A DNA stretch of 64,000 nt from an uncultured Gammaproteobacteria bacterium. GTDB lineage: Bacteria; Patescibacteriota; Microgenomatia; Levybacterales; UBA12049. Of the stretch, positions 17,790-27,196 are shown piece after piece (positions within the stretch are counted from its first letter, which is position 1; every line of letters starts with the position of its first letter). The notes under the pieces are model-generated. The model searched no databases, was not told where the DNA came from, and saw nothing but the letters and a program-made list of their open reading frames with translations. A program made the position numbers and the translations under genes. The DNA lies in the NCBI GenBank assembly GCA_964408485.1, contig CAYOZJ010000004.1, positions 8,685-72,684 of the forward strand. The letters run 5' to 3'.

Positions 17790-17910
17790 TTAACCTAATT
17801 CACCTAATTAACCTAATTTCTAAAGAAGCTCTAATAACACAATTAAGAAATTGATTTGCTCATTGGCGAATTTGGGATTTTTTAGGTTAATTAGGAATTA
17901 GAAATTTGTA
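17790..17910. promoter_or_regulatory. AT-rich inverted repeats (CTAATTCACCTAATTAACCTAA ... TTAGGTTAATTAGGAATTAG) between convergent genes. Possible bidirectional terminator or long hairpin.
   Basis: About 22-bp arms separated by ~50 nt. Related CCTAATTC(T)TAATT motifs occur at 22715-22745 and 29795-29830. Confidence 0.35.
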
Positions 17911-18208
17911 AAAGAGAACTCTTCAGGTCTACTTTATCCTTGTCAAACAATACTCCCTCTGCAATAAGCTTTGCCTTTTGTACGCTCTCTCCACCAAATG
18001 CATATCCAGGAGTTAGTTTGCCCGTTGCAAAAACAACTCTATGACACGGAATATTCTCTGGATCGGAATTTACATGCAGGGCAAAACCTACTACTCGAGG
18101 CGTTGCAACATTAGCAAGTATTGCAACTTGTCCATATGTCATTACTTTTCCTTTGGGAATTTTTTTGACAATATCATAAATTCGATCGTATGAATTATTC
18201 TGCTTCAT
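17891..18208 (-). CDS. MGMT-family methylated-DNA-protein-cysteine methyltransferase, single-domain (YbaZ/Ogt C-terminal domain-like)
   Basis: Active-site motif IPCHRVV is present and a catalytic Cys is retained. Confidence 0.8.
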   Translation of the reverse strand: MKQNNSYDRIYDIVKKIPKGKVMTYGQVAILANVATPRVVGFALHVNSDPENIPCHRVVFATGKLTPGYAFGGESVQKAKLIAEGVLFDKDKVDLKSSLLQISNS

Positions 18209-18209
18209 A

Positions 18210-18974
18210 TTAAGTAAGTTGTAAGTTTACAGAGCATAAGTAGTGATCACTGATACTCTTTTCCACTTCATAATCTACCACACCCCAGTGCTTGGAAACA
18301 AGAATATGGTCTTGTTGGCCACGCGTCGGTGTTGTGTCCTCATGAAAAATCTCAGTAAAGGTGGGAAAGAGCCCAGGAATTAGTTTTTCTAACCCATCGA
18401 TATTAAAATCAGCACCAATGATAGTTGGTCTATTACTCAATGGAACAAGAATATTCGTAATTGCTTCTCGAATAAAATCAAATGAACTTTCTGAAAAATT
18501 TCTTCCGTAATAATGAAATGGTACTAAATGTCCATTGACCACATAAATTGTTTGTCCTTTGTATTCAACTTCGGAAATAAGAAAACCACAATCGAGCGTT
18601 CTCCAAATTGCTCCATTCGGTCTGGTAACAGATAGGTTTGGATTAGGTGGTTTTTGGATTGTTGATTTTTTTATTGTCTGTTTGCTCAAGGTGACCATTG
18701 CCAAGTGTGAGCCTGGTTTTATATGCGAGTCATTATTATATGAATAGATTTGACTCGGTTTCATATGAAGGGCTTCGGATAATGTTGCAGCTTGTTGAGA
18801 TCCAGTGAGGCTTTCTGCATGTATTTCTTGAAGACAAATGACATCAGCATTATCTCTCTGAAGAGGTGGGATAAACGCTTCGATATTTTCTTGTGCATAA
18901 TCATTCCGCGACCATTCTTTGGTTCTACTAATAAGAGGAAAAGCGCCACCAATATTCCAAGAGATAAGTTTCAT
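18210..18974 (-). CDS. Endonuclease/exonuclease/phosphatase (EEP) family protein. ORF extends to 19007, but the extra N-terminal MLRFARNDEKY is translated repeat, so the start is probably MKLISWNIGG at 18974.
   Basis: WNIGG at the N-terminus, ICLQEI, and a C-terminal D..H pattern typical of the EEP fold. Confidence 0.7.
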   Translation of the reverse strand: MKLISWNIGGAFPLISRTKEWSRNDYAQENIEAFIPPLQRDNADVICLQEIHAESLTGSQQAATLSEALHMKPSQIYSYNNDSHIKPGSHLAMVTLSKQTIKKSTIQKPPNPNLSVTRPNGAIWRTLDCGFLISEVEYKGQTIYVVNGHLVPFHYYGRNFSESSFDFIREAITNILVPLSNRPTIIGADFNIDGLEKLIPGLFPTFTEIFHEDTTPTRGQQDHILVSKHWGVVDYEVEKSISDHYLCSVNLQLT

Positions 18975-19013
18975 ATATTTTTCGTCATTGCGAGCAAAGC
19001 GAAGCAATCTAAG

Positions 19014-19346
19014 TTATGGTTTTTTTTGATATTTCTCTTCAACTTTTTTTAATTTATCTTCTATAGCGCGTTCTATGTCTACATTTGCTGCATTGGCAAG
19101 TTGAATTGTTGTCATAATAACATCGGCAAATTCTTGATACACATTTCTCTTATCAAAATGATCAAGTTTTGCTTTTCGCTGAAGCTTAAGAATAGATAAA
19201 ATATCGTTACACAATTCTCCAACCTCTTCGTTGAGCTTTACTGTCCTGCTTAAAATCTCCTGCTCTTCTGGAGTACGGAGTTTGTACACAACAGCAGAAT
19301 TTTTTGCTAGTTCTTTGAGTCTTTCTTGAAGGTTCTTAACGTTCAT
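19014..19346 (-). CDS. MazG-like nucleotide pyrophosphohydrolase (small all-alpha NTP-PPase)
   Basis: EEVGELCNDI and EFADVIMTTIQLA helices with conserved acidic residues. Size 110 aa. Confidence 0.7.
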   Translation of the reverse strand: MNVKNLQERLKELAKNSAVVYKLRTPEEQEILSRTVKLNEEVGELCNDILSILKLQRKAKLDHFDKRNVYQEFADVIMTTIQLANAANVDIERAIEDKLKKVEEKYQKKP

Positions 19347-19490
19347 ATATCCATTTTAGCACATATCATTGTTCAAGCGAACCCTTCGATGCGATTTACT
19401 TACTCAGGGAAAATTTTGCCTGAGCGAAGTCGAAGGCTTAATAGTTACTCTCTCGAAGAATAATTAGGTATGTGCTACAATCATTTTGTT

Positions 19491-20267
19491 ATGAACTTTC
19501 TTCAGGCAATTATTGTGGGTATTGTCGAAGGCATAACAGAATTTCTTCCAATTTCTTCTACCTTTCATCAAATTTGGACAGCAAAGCTGTTAGGAATTCC
19601 TCAAACAGATTTTGTAAAACTTTTTGAAGTCTTTATTCAAGTTGGTGCAATTGCATCTATTGCAATTCTCTATTGGAAAATAATTAAGACTGACTTAGAT
19701 TTGGTTAAGAAAACTCTTGTTGCCTTTGTGCCCACAGCAATTATTGGCTTTGCAATGTATAAGGTGATTAAGAATGTTTTCTTTGAATCAGCACCTATTA
19801 TGCTCACTGTTTTTATTGGTATTGGAGCATTTTTTATTGTATATGAGTGGTATATAAAACGAAATAAAATAGACCTGCATAAGACACTTTCAGAATTTAC
19901 CTACAAGCAGGCACTGATTATTGGTGTTATTCAGGCGCTAGCAATTGTTCCAGGTGTGTCTCGCGCTGGAGCAGTACTTTTGGGTATGATGTTTTTTAGA
20001 TTTAAAAGAAGTGAGTCGGCAAAATTTTCATTCCTCTTAGCACTCCCAACTCTTGCTGCAGCATCTTTTTATGATTTATTTAAAATGAGAAGCTTACTCT
20101 CCGGGAATATTGACCACGTAGAACTTTTAGCGACTGGAACAATAGCGGCATTTATTAGCGCATATGTTGTGGTGAAATGGTTTGTGACCTATCTGCAACA
20201 GCATTCCCTCACAAACTTCGGTTGGTATAGGATAGTTGTTGGGATTCTCCTCATTTTTGTTAAGTGA
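19491..20267 (+). CDS. uppP: Undecaprenyl-diphosphatase UppP/BacA
   Basis: Signature GIVEGITEFLPISSTFH and second motif PGVSRAGA. Confidence 0.9.
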   Translation: MNFLQAIIVGIVEGITEFLPISSTFHQIWTAKLLGIPQTDFVKLFEVFIQVGAIASIAILYWKIIKTDLDLVKKTLVAFVPTAIIGFAMYKVIKNVFFESAPIMLTVFIGIGAFFIVYEWYIKRNKIDLHKTLSEFTYKQALIIGVIQALAIVPGVSRAGAVLLGMMFFRFKRSESAKFSFLLALPTLAAASFYDLFKMRSLLSGNIDHVELLATGTIAAFISAYVVVKWFVTYLQQHSLTNFGWYRIVVGILLIFVK

Positions 20268-20268
20268 T

Positions 20269-21189
20269 ATGTGGTATGGACTTCTTGCTATTATTCTTTC
20301 TGCTGCAATTGGAGGATCGATTAATTCCGCTGCCGTAAAAGTAGGGGGAAGAGAATTTACCCCACTTCTATTTACCTTTATTCGTTTTTTCTTTTCTACC
20401 CTTATCTTGTTGCCATTATTTCTTTCTCAAAAAGGACCAAAATTATATAAAGGAGATAGGAAAATACTTTTTCTTATGTCTATCCTTTTTGCAGCAAATA
20501 TTATTGTATTTAGTATCGGACTTCAATTTACTTCTGCACTCATGGGGCAACTTCTCTATGTAATATCACCAATTTTGGTAATTATTTTTGGCCATTTTCT
20601 TATTGGAGAAAAGTATACAAAAGAAAAAGGAATAGGACTCGTTATTACGTTAAGTGGTGTCGGATTTTTACTGTATCAATCAATTACCAAACAAGCAGTG
20701 CTGACCTTTGGTACACCACTAGGAAATTTTTTGGTTCTTCTTGGTGTTATTTTTACCGCACTTTATTTTGTTTTATCAAGAAGATTGTCTCATTCTTATT
20801 CATCGACAACGATTACATTCATGAATTTCTTTATTACATTTCTAAGTGTTATCTGTATCTTGCCACTGATTTTTTTATTTTCTCCACATACTTCTATTCA
20901 TATAGCAAAGACGGGAATTATTAGTGTTATTGCTATTGTTTTTTCATCAGTCTTTGCATATATGTTGCAGCAAATAACAGTTAAGCGAACAAGCGCATTT
21001 GTGGGATCACTGTCTTTATATATGTCACCATTTTTTGCTGGGCTTACTGCAGTATTCCTGCTAGGAGAAAAGATAACTGTTCCATTTATTGCGGGAGGGA
21101 TTCTTCTTGCTATAGGGGTTTTCTATGCAACGGCATATCATCATATAAAGAAATTGCTTACAAGCAGGGAGGAGTTAGCTGAAAATTAA
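20269..21189 (+). CDS. DMT superfamily (EamA-like) transporter, 10 TM
   Basis: Two EamA-like halves. Start taken at MWYGLLAII directly after the uppP stop. Confidence 0.6.
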   Translation: MWYGLLAIILSAAIGGSINSAAVKVGGREFTPLLFTFIRFFFSTLILLPLFLSQKGPKLYKGDRKILFLMSILFAANIIVFSIGLQFTSALMGQLLYVISPILVIIFGHFLIGEKYTKEKGIGLVITLSGVGFLLYQSITKQAVLTFGTPLGNFLVLLGVIFTALYFVLSRRLSHSYSSTTITFMNFFITFLSVICILPLIFLFSPHTSIHIAKTGIISVIAIVFSSVFAYMLQQITVKRTSAFVGSLSLYMSPFFAGLTAVFLLGEKITVPFIAGGILLAIGVFYATAYHHIKKLLTSREELAEN

Positions 21190-21190
21190 T

Positions 21191-21880
21191 ATGAAAATTC
21201 CACTTTTTGATGTTGATGGTACTCTGGTAAAAGGTTTTGTAGGGGTACATGGAGATGCATTAGATGAAGCACTAAAGACTGTTTTTGACATAGGTGCCCA
21301 TTTTGATGAAATAAATGTTCAGGGTAAAATAGATCCACAAATTTTAGTAGAAGTCGGAAAGCGACATGGTGTCGTGGAAGAAAAGGGAAAAACACTTCTC
21401 CCCAAATCTTTTGCTGTTATGAGGGAGTATATTGCTACACATAAGGATGAGGCACGATACGAAATATTGCCTGGAGCAAATGATTTATTTGAAGAGCTTC
21501 ATGCAAATGGCGTCCCCATAGGGCTTCTTACAGGCAATATTGAAGAAGCTCCAGAAATGAAATTAGGCCCATCAGGGTTGTGGGATTTTGTAAATTTTGG
21601 AGCATATGGCCCCGAAGCAACAAGCCTTAAGAGGGCTGAGTTAGTCAGCATTGCTCAGAGAAAAGCATCAGAGTTACTTAAGCGTCTAGTAGGTCTTAAT
21701 GAGCTTGTTATTATTGGTGATACCCCAAAAGATATAGAGTGCGCAAAAGACGGAGGAATTCTTTCCATTGGGGTTGCAACAGGCATGTATACCGAAGATG
21801 ATTTAAGAAATGCAGGCGCTAATCTTGTTGTATCCTCTTTGGAAGAGAGAGGAAAAATAATAGAATTTTTAGAAAAGTAG
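21191..21880 (+). CDS. HAD-superfamily hydrolase (phosphoglycolate phosphatase-like subfamily IA)
   Basis: Motif I FDVDGTLV and C-terminal IIGDTPKDIECAKDGG. Confidence 0.75.
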   Translation: MKIPLFDVDGTLVKGFVGVHGDALDEALKTVFDIGAHFDEINVQGKIDPQILVEVGKRHGVVEEKGKTLLPKSFAVMREYIATHKDEARYEILPGANDLFEELHANGVPIGLLTGNIEEAPEMKLGPSGLWDFVNFGAYGPEATSLKRAELVSIAQRKASELLKRLVGLNELVIIGDTPKDIECAKDGGILSIGVATGMYTEDDLRNAGANLVVSSLEERGKIIEFLEK

Positions 21881-21903
21881 CTCTCCTATGCTACAATAAT
21901 TTT

Positions 21904-22335
21904 ATGCCCAGAAAGAAACCAGAATTTGCAGAGGAGGTAGAAGAAAAATTTGAAGAGGTTTGGGATAAGAGAAAGATAATTGCAGGGATTTTTGTTTTAC
22001 TTCTTTTTATTGCTGGTGGTGTGATTGGGAAGCGAATACTTTTTCATGAATCTCTTGCTCCTGAGTCTTTCATTCCTACCTTCCCAAGCGTTAAGGGGAT
22101 AAGTACATTCAATGCGCCGGATGCAGCATCTCATGTAAAAATCTCACTTCCTTCTCAAGAAGACGTTACAAATCAACTTCATACTATTCAGACACAAGTA
22201 ACAAATTTAAATGTATCGGATATTGCTTCATCTAGTCCACAGGTGCAGCAAATCTTAAAGCAAATTGAAAATCTTCCATCAGGACCAGAAGGACAAGTAA
22301 AAGCAGCATGTATGAGGTTATGCAATAATCTTTGA
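21904..22335 (+). CDS. Hypothetical single-TM protein
   Basis: Charged N-terminus, one TM helix, Ser/Gln-rich tail. Confidence 0.4.
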   Translation: MPRKKPEFAEEVEEKFEEVWDKRKIIAGIFVLLLFIAGGVIGKRILFHESLAPESFIPTFPSVKGISTFNAPDAASHVKISLPSQEDVTNQLHTIQTQVTNLNVSDIASSSPQVQQILKQIENLPSGPEGQVKAACMRLCNNL

Positions 22336-22349
22336 TAGAATTAAGAAGT

Positions 22350-22739
22350 ATGAGTCAAGAATCAAGGAAGATAAAATCTTTTACTGACTTAACGGTTTGG
22401 CAACAAGGTCATACTTTTGTTTTGCAAATATATAAAATAACCCGAGAATTTCCTAAGGAAGAATTGTTTGGGTTAACAAATCAGATTCGTAGAGCATCAG
22501 TTTCTTTTACATCTAATATTGCTGAAGGTTTTAGCAGGAATTCATATAAAGAAAAGGTTCAATTTTATTCAATATCATTGGGTTCACTTACCGAAGTTCA
22601 GAATCAACTATTGATTGCAAAAGACTTGGGTTATGTATCCAAAGATATTTTTTCTTCTTTAGCGAATTTGACAGTAGATTTAAGTAAAATGATAAATGGC
22701 TTAATTAAGAAATCAAAAACCTTAATTCCTAATTCTTAA
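22350..22739 (+). CDS. Four-helix-bundle protein (TIGR02436-type, 23S rRNA intervening-sequence protein family)
   Basis: FTDLTVWQQGH..., LTNQIRRASVSFTSNIAEGFSR and SLGSLTEVQNQLLIAKDLGYV match the family consensus. Confidence 0.75.
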   Translation: MSQESRKIKSFTDLTVWQQGHTFVLQIYKITREFPKEELFGLTNQIRRASVSFTSNIAEGFSRNSYKEKVQFYSISLGSLTEVQNQLLIAKDLGYVSKDIFSSLANLTVDLSKMINGLIKKSKTLIPNS

Positions 22740-22767
22740 TTCATGACTCTTCATATACAATTAAATT

Positions 22768-24054
22768 ATGTTTAAAAATAAAGATAAACTATTACAAAAA
22801 GTAAGACGCTTGTTTAGCGTCTTGGGTCCTGGATTTATAACAGGCGCATCTGACGATGATCCATCCGGTATCGCAACCTATGCCCAGACAGGCGCGCAAT
22901 TTGGATATTCACAGTTATGGACTGCCCTCTTTGCATTTCCTTTTATGACCGTTATCCAAGAAATATGTGGGCGAATTGGTGTGGTAACAGGAGATGGACT
23001 CGCAGGGGTTGTCAGAAAAAATTATTCAAAACCTATTTTGTATGGAGCAGTGCTTGTGTTAATAGTCGCTAATACAATTAATGTCGGTGCAGATTTGGGA
23101 GCAATGGCAAGTAGTGCGCAGCTTATTTTAGGATTACCATTTTTTGTCTGGCTTGTTGTTATTACAGGTGGGTCAATTGTTTTGCAAATTGTCGTGCCGT
23201 ATCCGTTGTACGCAAAATTCTTAAAGTATCTTACCCTTGCTCTTTTTGCCTATATTATTGCTGCATTTATTATTAAGCAGGACTGGACAAAAATTTTTAC
23301 TGCAACGGTATTACCAACTTTTTCTTTTAACAAAGAGTACTTAATGAATATTGTGGCAATACTCGGGACAACAATTAGCCCGTATCTTTTCTTCTGGGAA
23401 GCAGACGAAGAGGTAGAGGAAGAAATAGAAAAAGGTGAGATGCAAGCAATTGGGCGAGGTAAGCCGAGAGTCCATGGTCATGATATTCGTGAGATGCGGC
23501 TGGATACCATAATTGGTATGTTTTTTTCCCAACTTGTTATGTTTTTTATTATCGTGACAACTGCTAGTACTCTTTTCCCACACGGAATGCATACTGTGCA
23601 GACAGCAGACCAGGCAGCTATTGCTCTTAAGCCACTTGCTGGAGAGTTTGCTTATCTTTTATTTGCAGCAGGGGTTATTGGGACAGGACTTTTGGCAGTG
23701 CCAATCCTTGCAGGTAGCGCAGGGTATGCATTGGCAGAAACCTTTAAGTGGAAAGCAGGATTAAGTAAAAAATTCCATCAAGCACGGCCATTTTATATAA
23801 CTATTGCGATTATTACAGTTGTAGGTTTACTCGTTAATTTCTCACCAATAAAACCATTCACGCTTTTGTATTACACAGCAATTTTAAATGGGATCTGCTC
23901 GCCAATACTTATGGTGTTAATTTTGCTTGTTGGAAATAATAAAAAAATTATGGGTACTCATACAAATCCATTATTTTCGAATGTCTTAGGATGGATTATT
24001 ACTGGGGTAATGGGTGTTGCTGCAATTGGACTTCTATATTCGTTGGTAAAGTAA
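22768..24054 (+). CDS. mntH: NRAMP-family divalent metal (Mn2+/Fe2+) transporter
   Basis: GPGFITGASDDDPSGIATYAQTGAQFGY N-terminal signature and 11 TM segments. Confidence 0.9.
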   Translation: MFKNKDKLLQKVRRLFSVLGPGFITGASDDDPSGIATYAQTGAQFGYSQLWTALFAFPFMTVIQEICGRIGVVTGDGLAGVVRKNYSKPILYGAVLVLIVANTINVGADLGAMASSAQLILGLPFFVWLVVITGGSIVLQIVVPYPLYAKFLKYLTLALFAYIIAAFIIKQDWTKIFTATVLPTFSFNKEYLMNIVAILGTTISPYLFFWEADEEVEEEIEKGEMQAIGRGKPRVHGHDIREMRLDTIIGMFFSQLVMFFIIVTTASTLFPHGMHTVQTADQAAIALKPLAGEFAYLLFAAGVIGTGLLAVPILAGSAGYALAETFKWKAGLSKKFHQARPFYITIAIITVVGLLVNFSPIKPFTLLYYTAILNGICSPILMVLILLVGNNKKIMGTHTNPLFSNVLGWIITGVMGVAAIGLLYSLVK

Positions 24055-24631
24055 GCCTTTGAACATCAATCGCTGAAGTAGACTTATTGGTATTAGACCA
24101 TAGTGAAAACGGTTTAGTAAATATCATTGTTATAAAGTAAAATACTAAAAATATCCAGATAAAGAGAACAGTATTATTACTTGTTCCCAGCGTTCTTGCT
24201 GACCAATCTTGTTGATATACTCTCCCATTAAATACCACACCATGTCCGTCTGAGAAATCTTTACTAATACCGCTTAACAATGTCCAGCCTTCACCAGATC
24301 TCCTTTTAAGAACTTCTTCTTTTGAACTTGCTTGTGCCATGCGTAATTCATACCATTTCCACCTCCGCCTAAAAGCAAAAAGCCATATGAGACTTGTTAA
24401 AAATCCCATTACCGCAAGCATAAACAAAGTAGAATTCCCCTTAAAAGAGAAGAAACTGAAGCCCCTATCTATTTGTTGAGACATGAAACCAATAATAAAT
24501 GTGTTTGCGAGTAAGAAGATTGTTGAAGAATTCCAAACTAGGTTTCCTTCATTTAGTACTTGATTAAAAGCAAATTCATATTGCTTTATTTCTCTTTTTT
24601 CTTTCTCTTGTTCTTCCGTAGTTATTGCCAT
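23999..24631 (-). CDS. Hypothetical membrane protein, convergent with the mntH 3' end and overlapping it
   Basis: Two or three TM segments. No motif. Confidence 0.35.
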   Translation of the reverse strand: MAITTEEQEKEKREIKQYEFAFNQVLNEGNLVWNSSTIFLLANTFIIGFMSQQIDRGFSFFSFKGNSTLFMLAVMGFLTSLIWLFAFRRRWKWYELRMAQASSKEEVLKRRSGEGWTLLSGISKDFSDGHGVVFNGRVYQQDWSARTLGTSNNTVLFIWIFLVFYFITMIFTKPFSLWSNTNKSTSAIDVQRLTLPTNIEVQLQQHPLPQ

Positions 24632-24742
24632 GATTTGGAGAATTATTAATCAAAGGTAATAAAATGTCAAGAAATAGCAAATTGCTCTTTTGTGAGTCCT
24701 TCGATTTCGCTCAGAATAAAAAAATAGGCTATAATACAACTT

Positions 24743-25753
24743 ATGGATGATTTAAAACACCGAGTTGAGAAAGTAATTGCCGCATTACGCGTGGAGGAGA
24801 AAAAACAGCAAATTAGAGAGCTAGAACTTGAGAGTTCAAAAAGTGGTTTTTGGAATGATCCAAAAGCAGCAAGTGAAAAAATGAAGCAAATGTCGTCTCT
24901 TCTTAAAGAAGTAGAAGAAGCGGATATGCTGCAACTTATGGTTGATGAGGAGCAGTGGAGAGACGCAGAAGAAAATGTTGGACGATTGGAAATGCTTTTA
25001 TATTTTTCCGGAGCACATGATGAATCCGGTGCAATTCTGGCAATTCATTCAGGCCAAGGCGGGACAGAGGCAATGGACTGGACAGAAATGCTTTTTAGAA
25101 TGTACACCCGATATGTAGAAAGAAAAGGATGGAAGTACGAAATTATTGACCAGACCCCAGGAGAAGAAGCAGGATTTAAAAGCATTACAATTCAAATAGA
25201 TGGCAAATATGCGTATGGCCACTTAAAATTTGAAGCAGGGACACATAGGTTGGTAAGGCAGTCACCGTTCAACGCCGATAAATTAAGACAAACATCGTTT
25301 GCTTTAGTTGAAGTGTTGCCAATTGTAGAAAATGATAGTGAAGTCCATATTGCAGATGATGAATTGGAATGGGATTTCTTTAGAGCTGGTGGACATGGTG
25401 GACAAAATGTAAATAAAGTATCTACTGCTGTTAGACTTACCCATAAACCATCAGGAATTGTTGTTACGGCATCCTCCGAGAGGTTTCAGGGAGCAAATAG
25501 AGAAATTGCGTTAAATTTACTTAAATCTAAGTTGTGGGTTATCCAAGAAGAAGAAAGAAAACAGGCAGAATCAGCATTAAAGGGAGGGTACAAAACCCCT
25601 GGGTGGAGTAATCAAATCCGCTCATATGTATTGCACCCATACCATATGGTAAAAGATCTTCGTACAGATGTAGAAACAGGGAATACAGGTGCAGTACTTG
25701 ATGGGGATTTGAATAAATTTATAGAAGAGGAATTAAGAAAGTTAAGCCAATGA
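24743..25753 (+). CDS. prfB: Peptide chain release factor 2, encoded in a single frame with no programmed +1 frameshift site
   Basis: SPF motif (RQSPFNAD) and GGQ motif (GGHGGQNVNKVSTAVRLTHKPSGIVV). Confidence 0.9.
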   Translation: MDDLKHRVEKVIAALRVEEKKQQIRELELESSKSGFWNDPKAASEKMKQMSSLLKEVEEADMLQLMVDEEQWRDAEENVGRLEMLLYFSGAHDESGAILAIHSGQGGTEAMDWTEMLFRMYTRYVERKGWKYEIIDQTPGEEAGFKSITIQIDGKYAYGHLKFEAGTHRLVRQSPFNADKLRQTSFALVEVLPIVENDSEVHIADDELEWDFFRAGGHGGQNVNKVSTAVRLTHKPSGIVVTASSERFQGANREIALNLLKSKLWVIQEEERKQAESALKGGYKTPGWSNQIRSYVLHPYHMVKDLRTDVETGNTGAVLDGDLNKFIEEELRKLSQ

Positions 25754-26319
25754 TTCGACCTGCAATACTGCAAGACTACGAGCAAGTAAAACATATTAAG
25801 AAGCAGTTGGGACTAAACAGAGAAAAACTCTCAGACAATTTGTATAAAGAAAAAATTGAGAAAGAAGGATTCCTACTGTATCCTGATTTGTCTTTAGAAA
25901 AATATACTTCCTATCTTTCAGATATTTTTCTTGTGTATGAAGAAAATAGAAAAATTTTAGGATTTATTCAAATAAGTAGTGAGCATGAAGTAAAAAAGGA
26001 TAGTCCTGTTGAATGGTACAAACCAGAAATGAAAGAAATCTATTTTTCCCAACCTCATGCAGGACTGCACCGTATCGCGCTCGATCTACGTGCAAAAGGA
26101 AAAGGGATTGCAACACAACTTTTGGAAGAAGCATTACAGAAAATCCCCCACGAAACAAAATATTTATTTTCTATCGTTGTTATTTCGCCTGCAAAGAATA
26201 ATGCATCTATTGTTTGGCACGAAAAACATGGATTTGAAAAAGTTGCGAGGATACGCTACACAGAACACGCGGAGCTAGAGGATTATCAGAGTATTTTATA
26301 TGCGAAGAAATTGAATTAA
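25750..26319 (+). CDS. GNAT-family N-acetyltransferase, 4-nt overlap with prfB
   Basis: RAKGKGIATQLLEEAL acetyl-CoA binding-like segment. Confidence 0.55.
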   Translation: MIRPAILQDYEQVKHIKKQLGLNREKLSDNLYKEKIEKEGFLLYPDLSLEKYTSYLSDIFLVYEENRKILGFIQISSEHEVKKDSPVEWYKPEMKEIYFSQPHAGLHRIALDLRAKGKGIATQLLEEALQKIPHETKYLFSIVVISPAKNNASIVWHEKHGFEKVARIRYTEHAELEDYQSILYAKKLN

Positions 26320-26337
26320 ATTTAAGAGTATTTGTAT

Positions 26338-27195
26338 CTACAATAAAAGCAATAGTAATCCCAAAGTTACACCAATTACCCCAAGTAATTTTCTTTTAGA
26401 AAATTCATCTTTAAACAATAGGATTGCAAAGACTGTTACTGCAGAAATTGAGGATGCATTGATTGCATTTACATATCCAACATTGGGTGCAGTACTGATT
26501 GCCAAAAATTGAAAAAGATTAAATCCTGTTGAAAAGATACCGATAAGAAATAAGATTCCAAGATTTTTTTGCATTCCTCCAAAAGAGACTCTTTTCTTAA
26601 TCATTTCCAATACAATACAGACATTCACGACAATATACATATAGGTAAGAAAAACATACACGCCTACGCCTTGATTAAAAAAATATTTTGAAGATAAAGA
26701 GAGAAGTCCCCAACAAAAAAATGAACCAAAAGCAAGTAGTACCCATTTTGTACTGGTTGTTTTTCTCACTGCTTTTTGAGAGAGCATGATAAGGCTGGAG
26801 AAACCAACAATAAGAAGAATTGCGATTATTTTTTGCAATGTAAGTTGTGCTTGGAAAAAAATAACTGCGATAACACTGGTGAAGACAACATAACTTTTTG
26901 ATATCACAAGACTATAACCAGGATTGGGAGCTTCTTCAATACTCATAAGCGAAAAAACATTTCCTAAATAACTAAACAATATTCCAACAAGTGCGATCAG
27001 AAGAAGAAAAAGAGGTGAGATAAGAAAATTCTGATGAGTAACAAATGCCATGATTACGAAAAGCATTAATGGAATAAAAAACATGGCAAAGTTATTGTAC
27101 TGTGTAGATATTTTGAGAAGACTAGCTTTTCTAACAAATAAATATAATGCAACCGAAGAGATAAACATGAGTAAACTTGCAGTAACCCAATTCAT
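26338..27195 (-). CDS. Polytopic membrane protein (DMT-like). Start probably MNWVTASLL at 27195.
   Basis: About 9-10 TM helices. Confidence 0.45.
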   Translation of the reverse strand: MNWVTASLLMFISSVALYLFVRKASLLKISTQYNNFAMFFIPLMLFVIMAFVTHQNFLISPLFLLLIALVGILFSYLGNVFSLMSIEEAPNPGYSLVISKSYVVFTSVIAVIFFQAQLTLQKIIAILLIVGFSSLIMLSQKAVRKTTSTKWVLLAFGSFFCWGLLSLSSKYFFNQGVGVYVFLTYMYIVVNVCIVLEMIKKRVSFGGMQKNLGILFLIGIFSTGFNLFQFLAISTAPNVGYVNAINASSISAVTVFAILLFKDEFSKRKLLGVIGVTLGLLLLLL

Positions 27196-27196
27196 A

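Noticed and set aside
22740-22767. Mn2+ (yybP-ykoY) riboswitch upstream of the NRAMP transporter and Mg2+ riboswitch upstream of the MgtA-like ATPase
   Set aside because: Only 28 nt separate mntH from the upstream gene. The ATPase 5' end abuts the rsmF gene. There is no room for a riboswitch in either case.
24646-24711. 21-codon ORF MSRNSKLLFCESFDFAQNKKI upstream of prfB
   Set aside because: It has no SD. Its 3' half is a reverse copy of the family A/C repeat core (TCCTTCGATTTCGCTCAGAA). It is most likely repeat sequence, not a frameshift-site upstream ORF.
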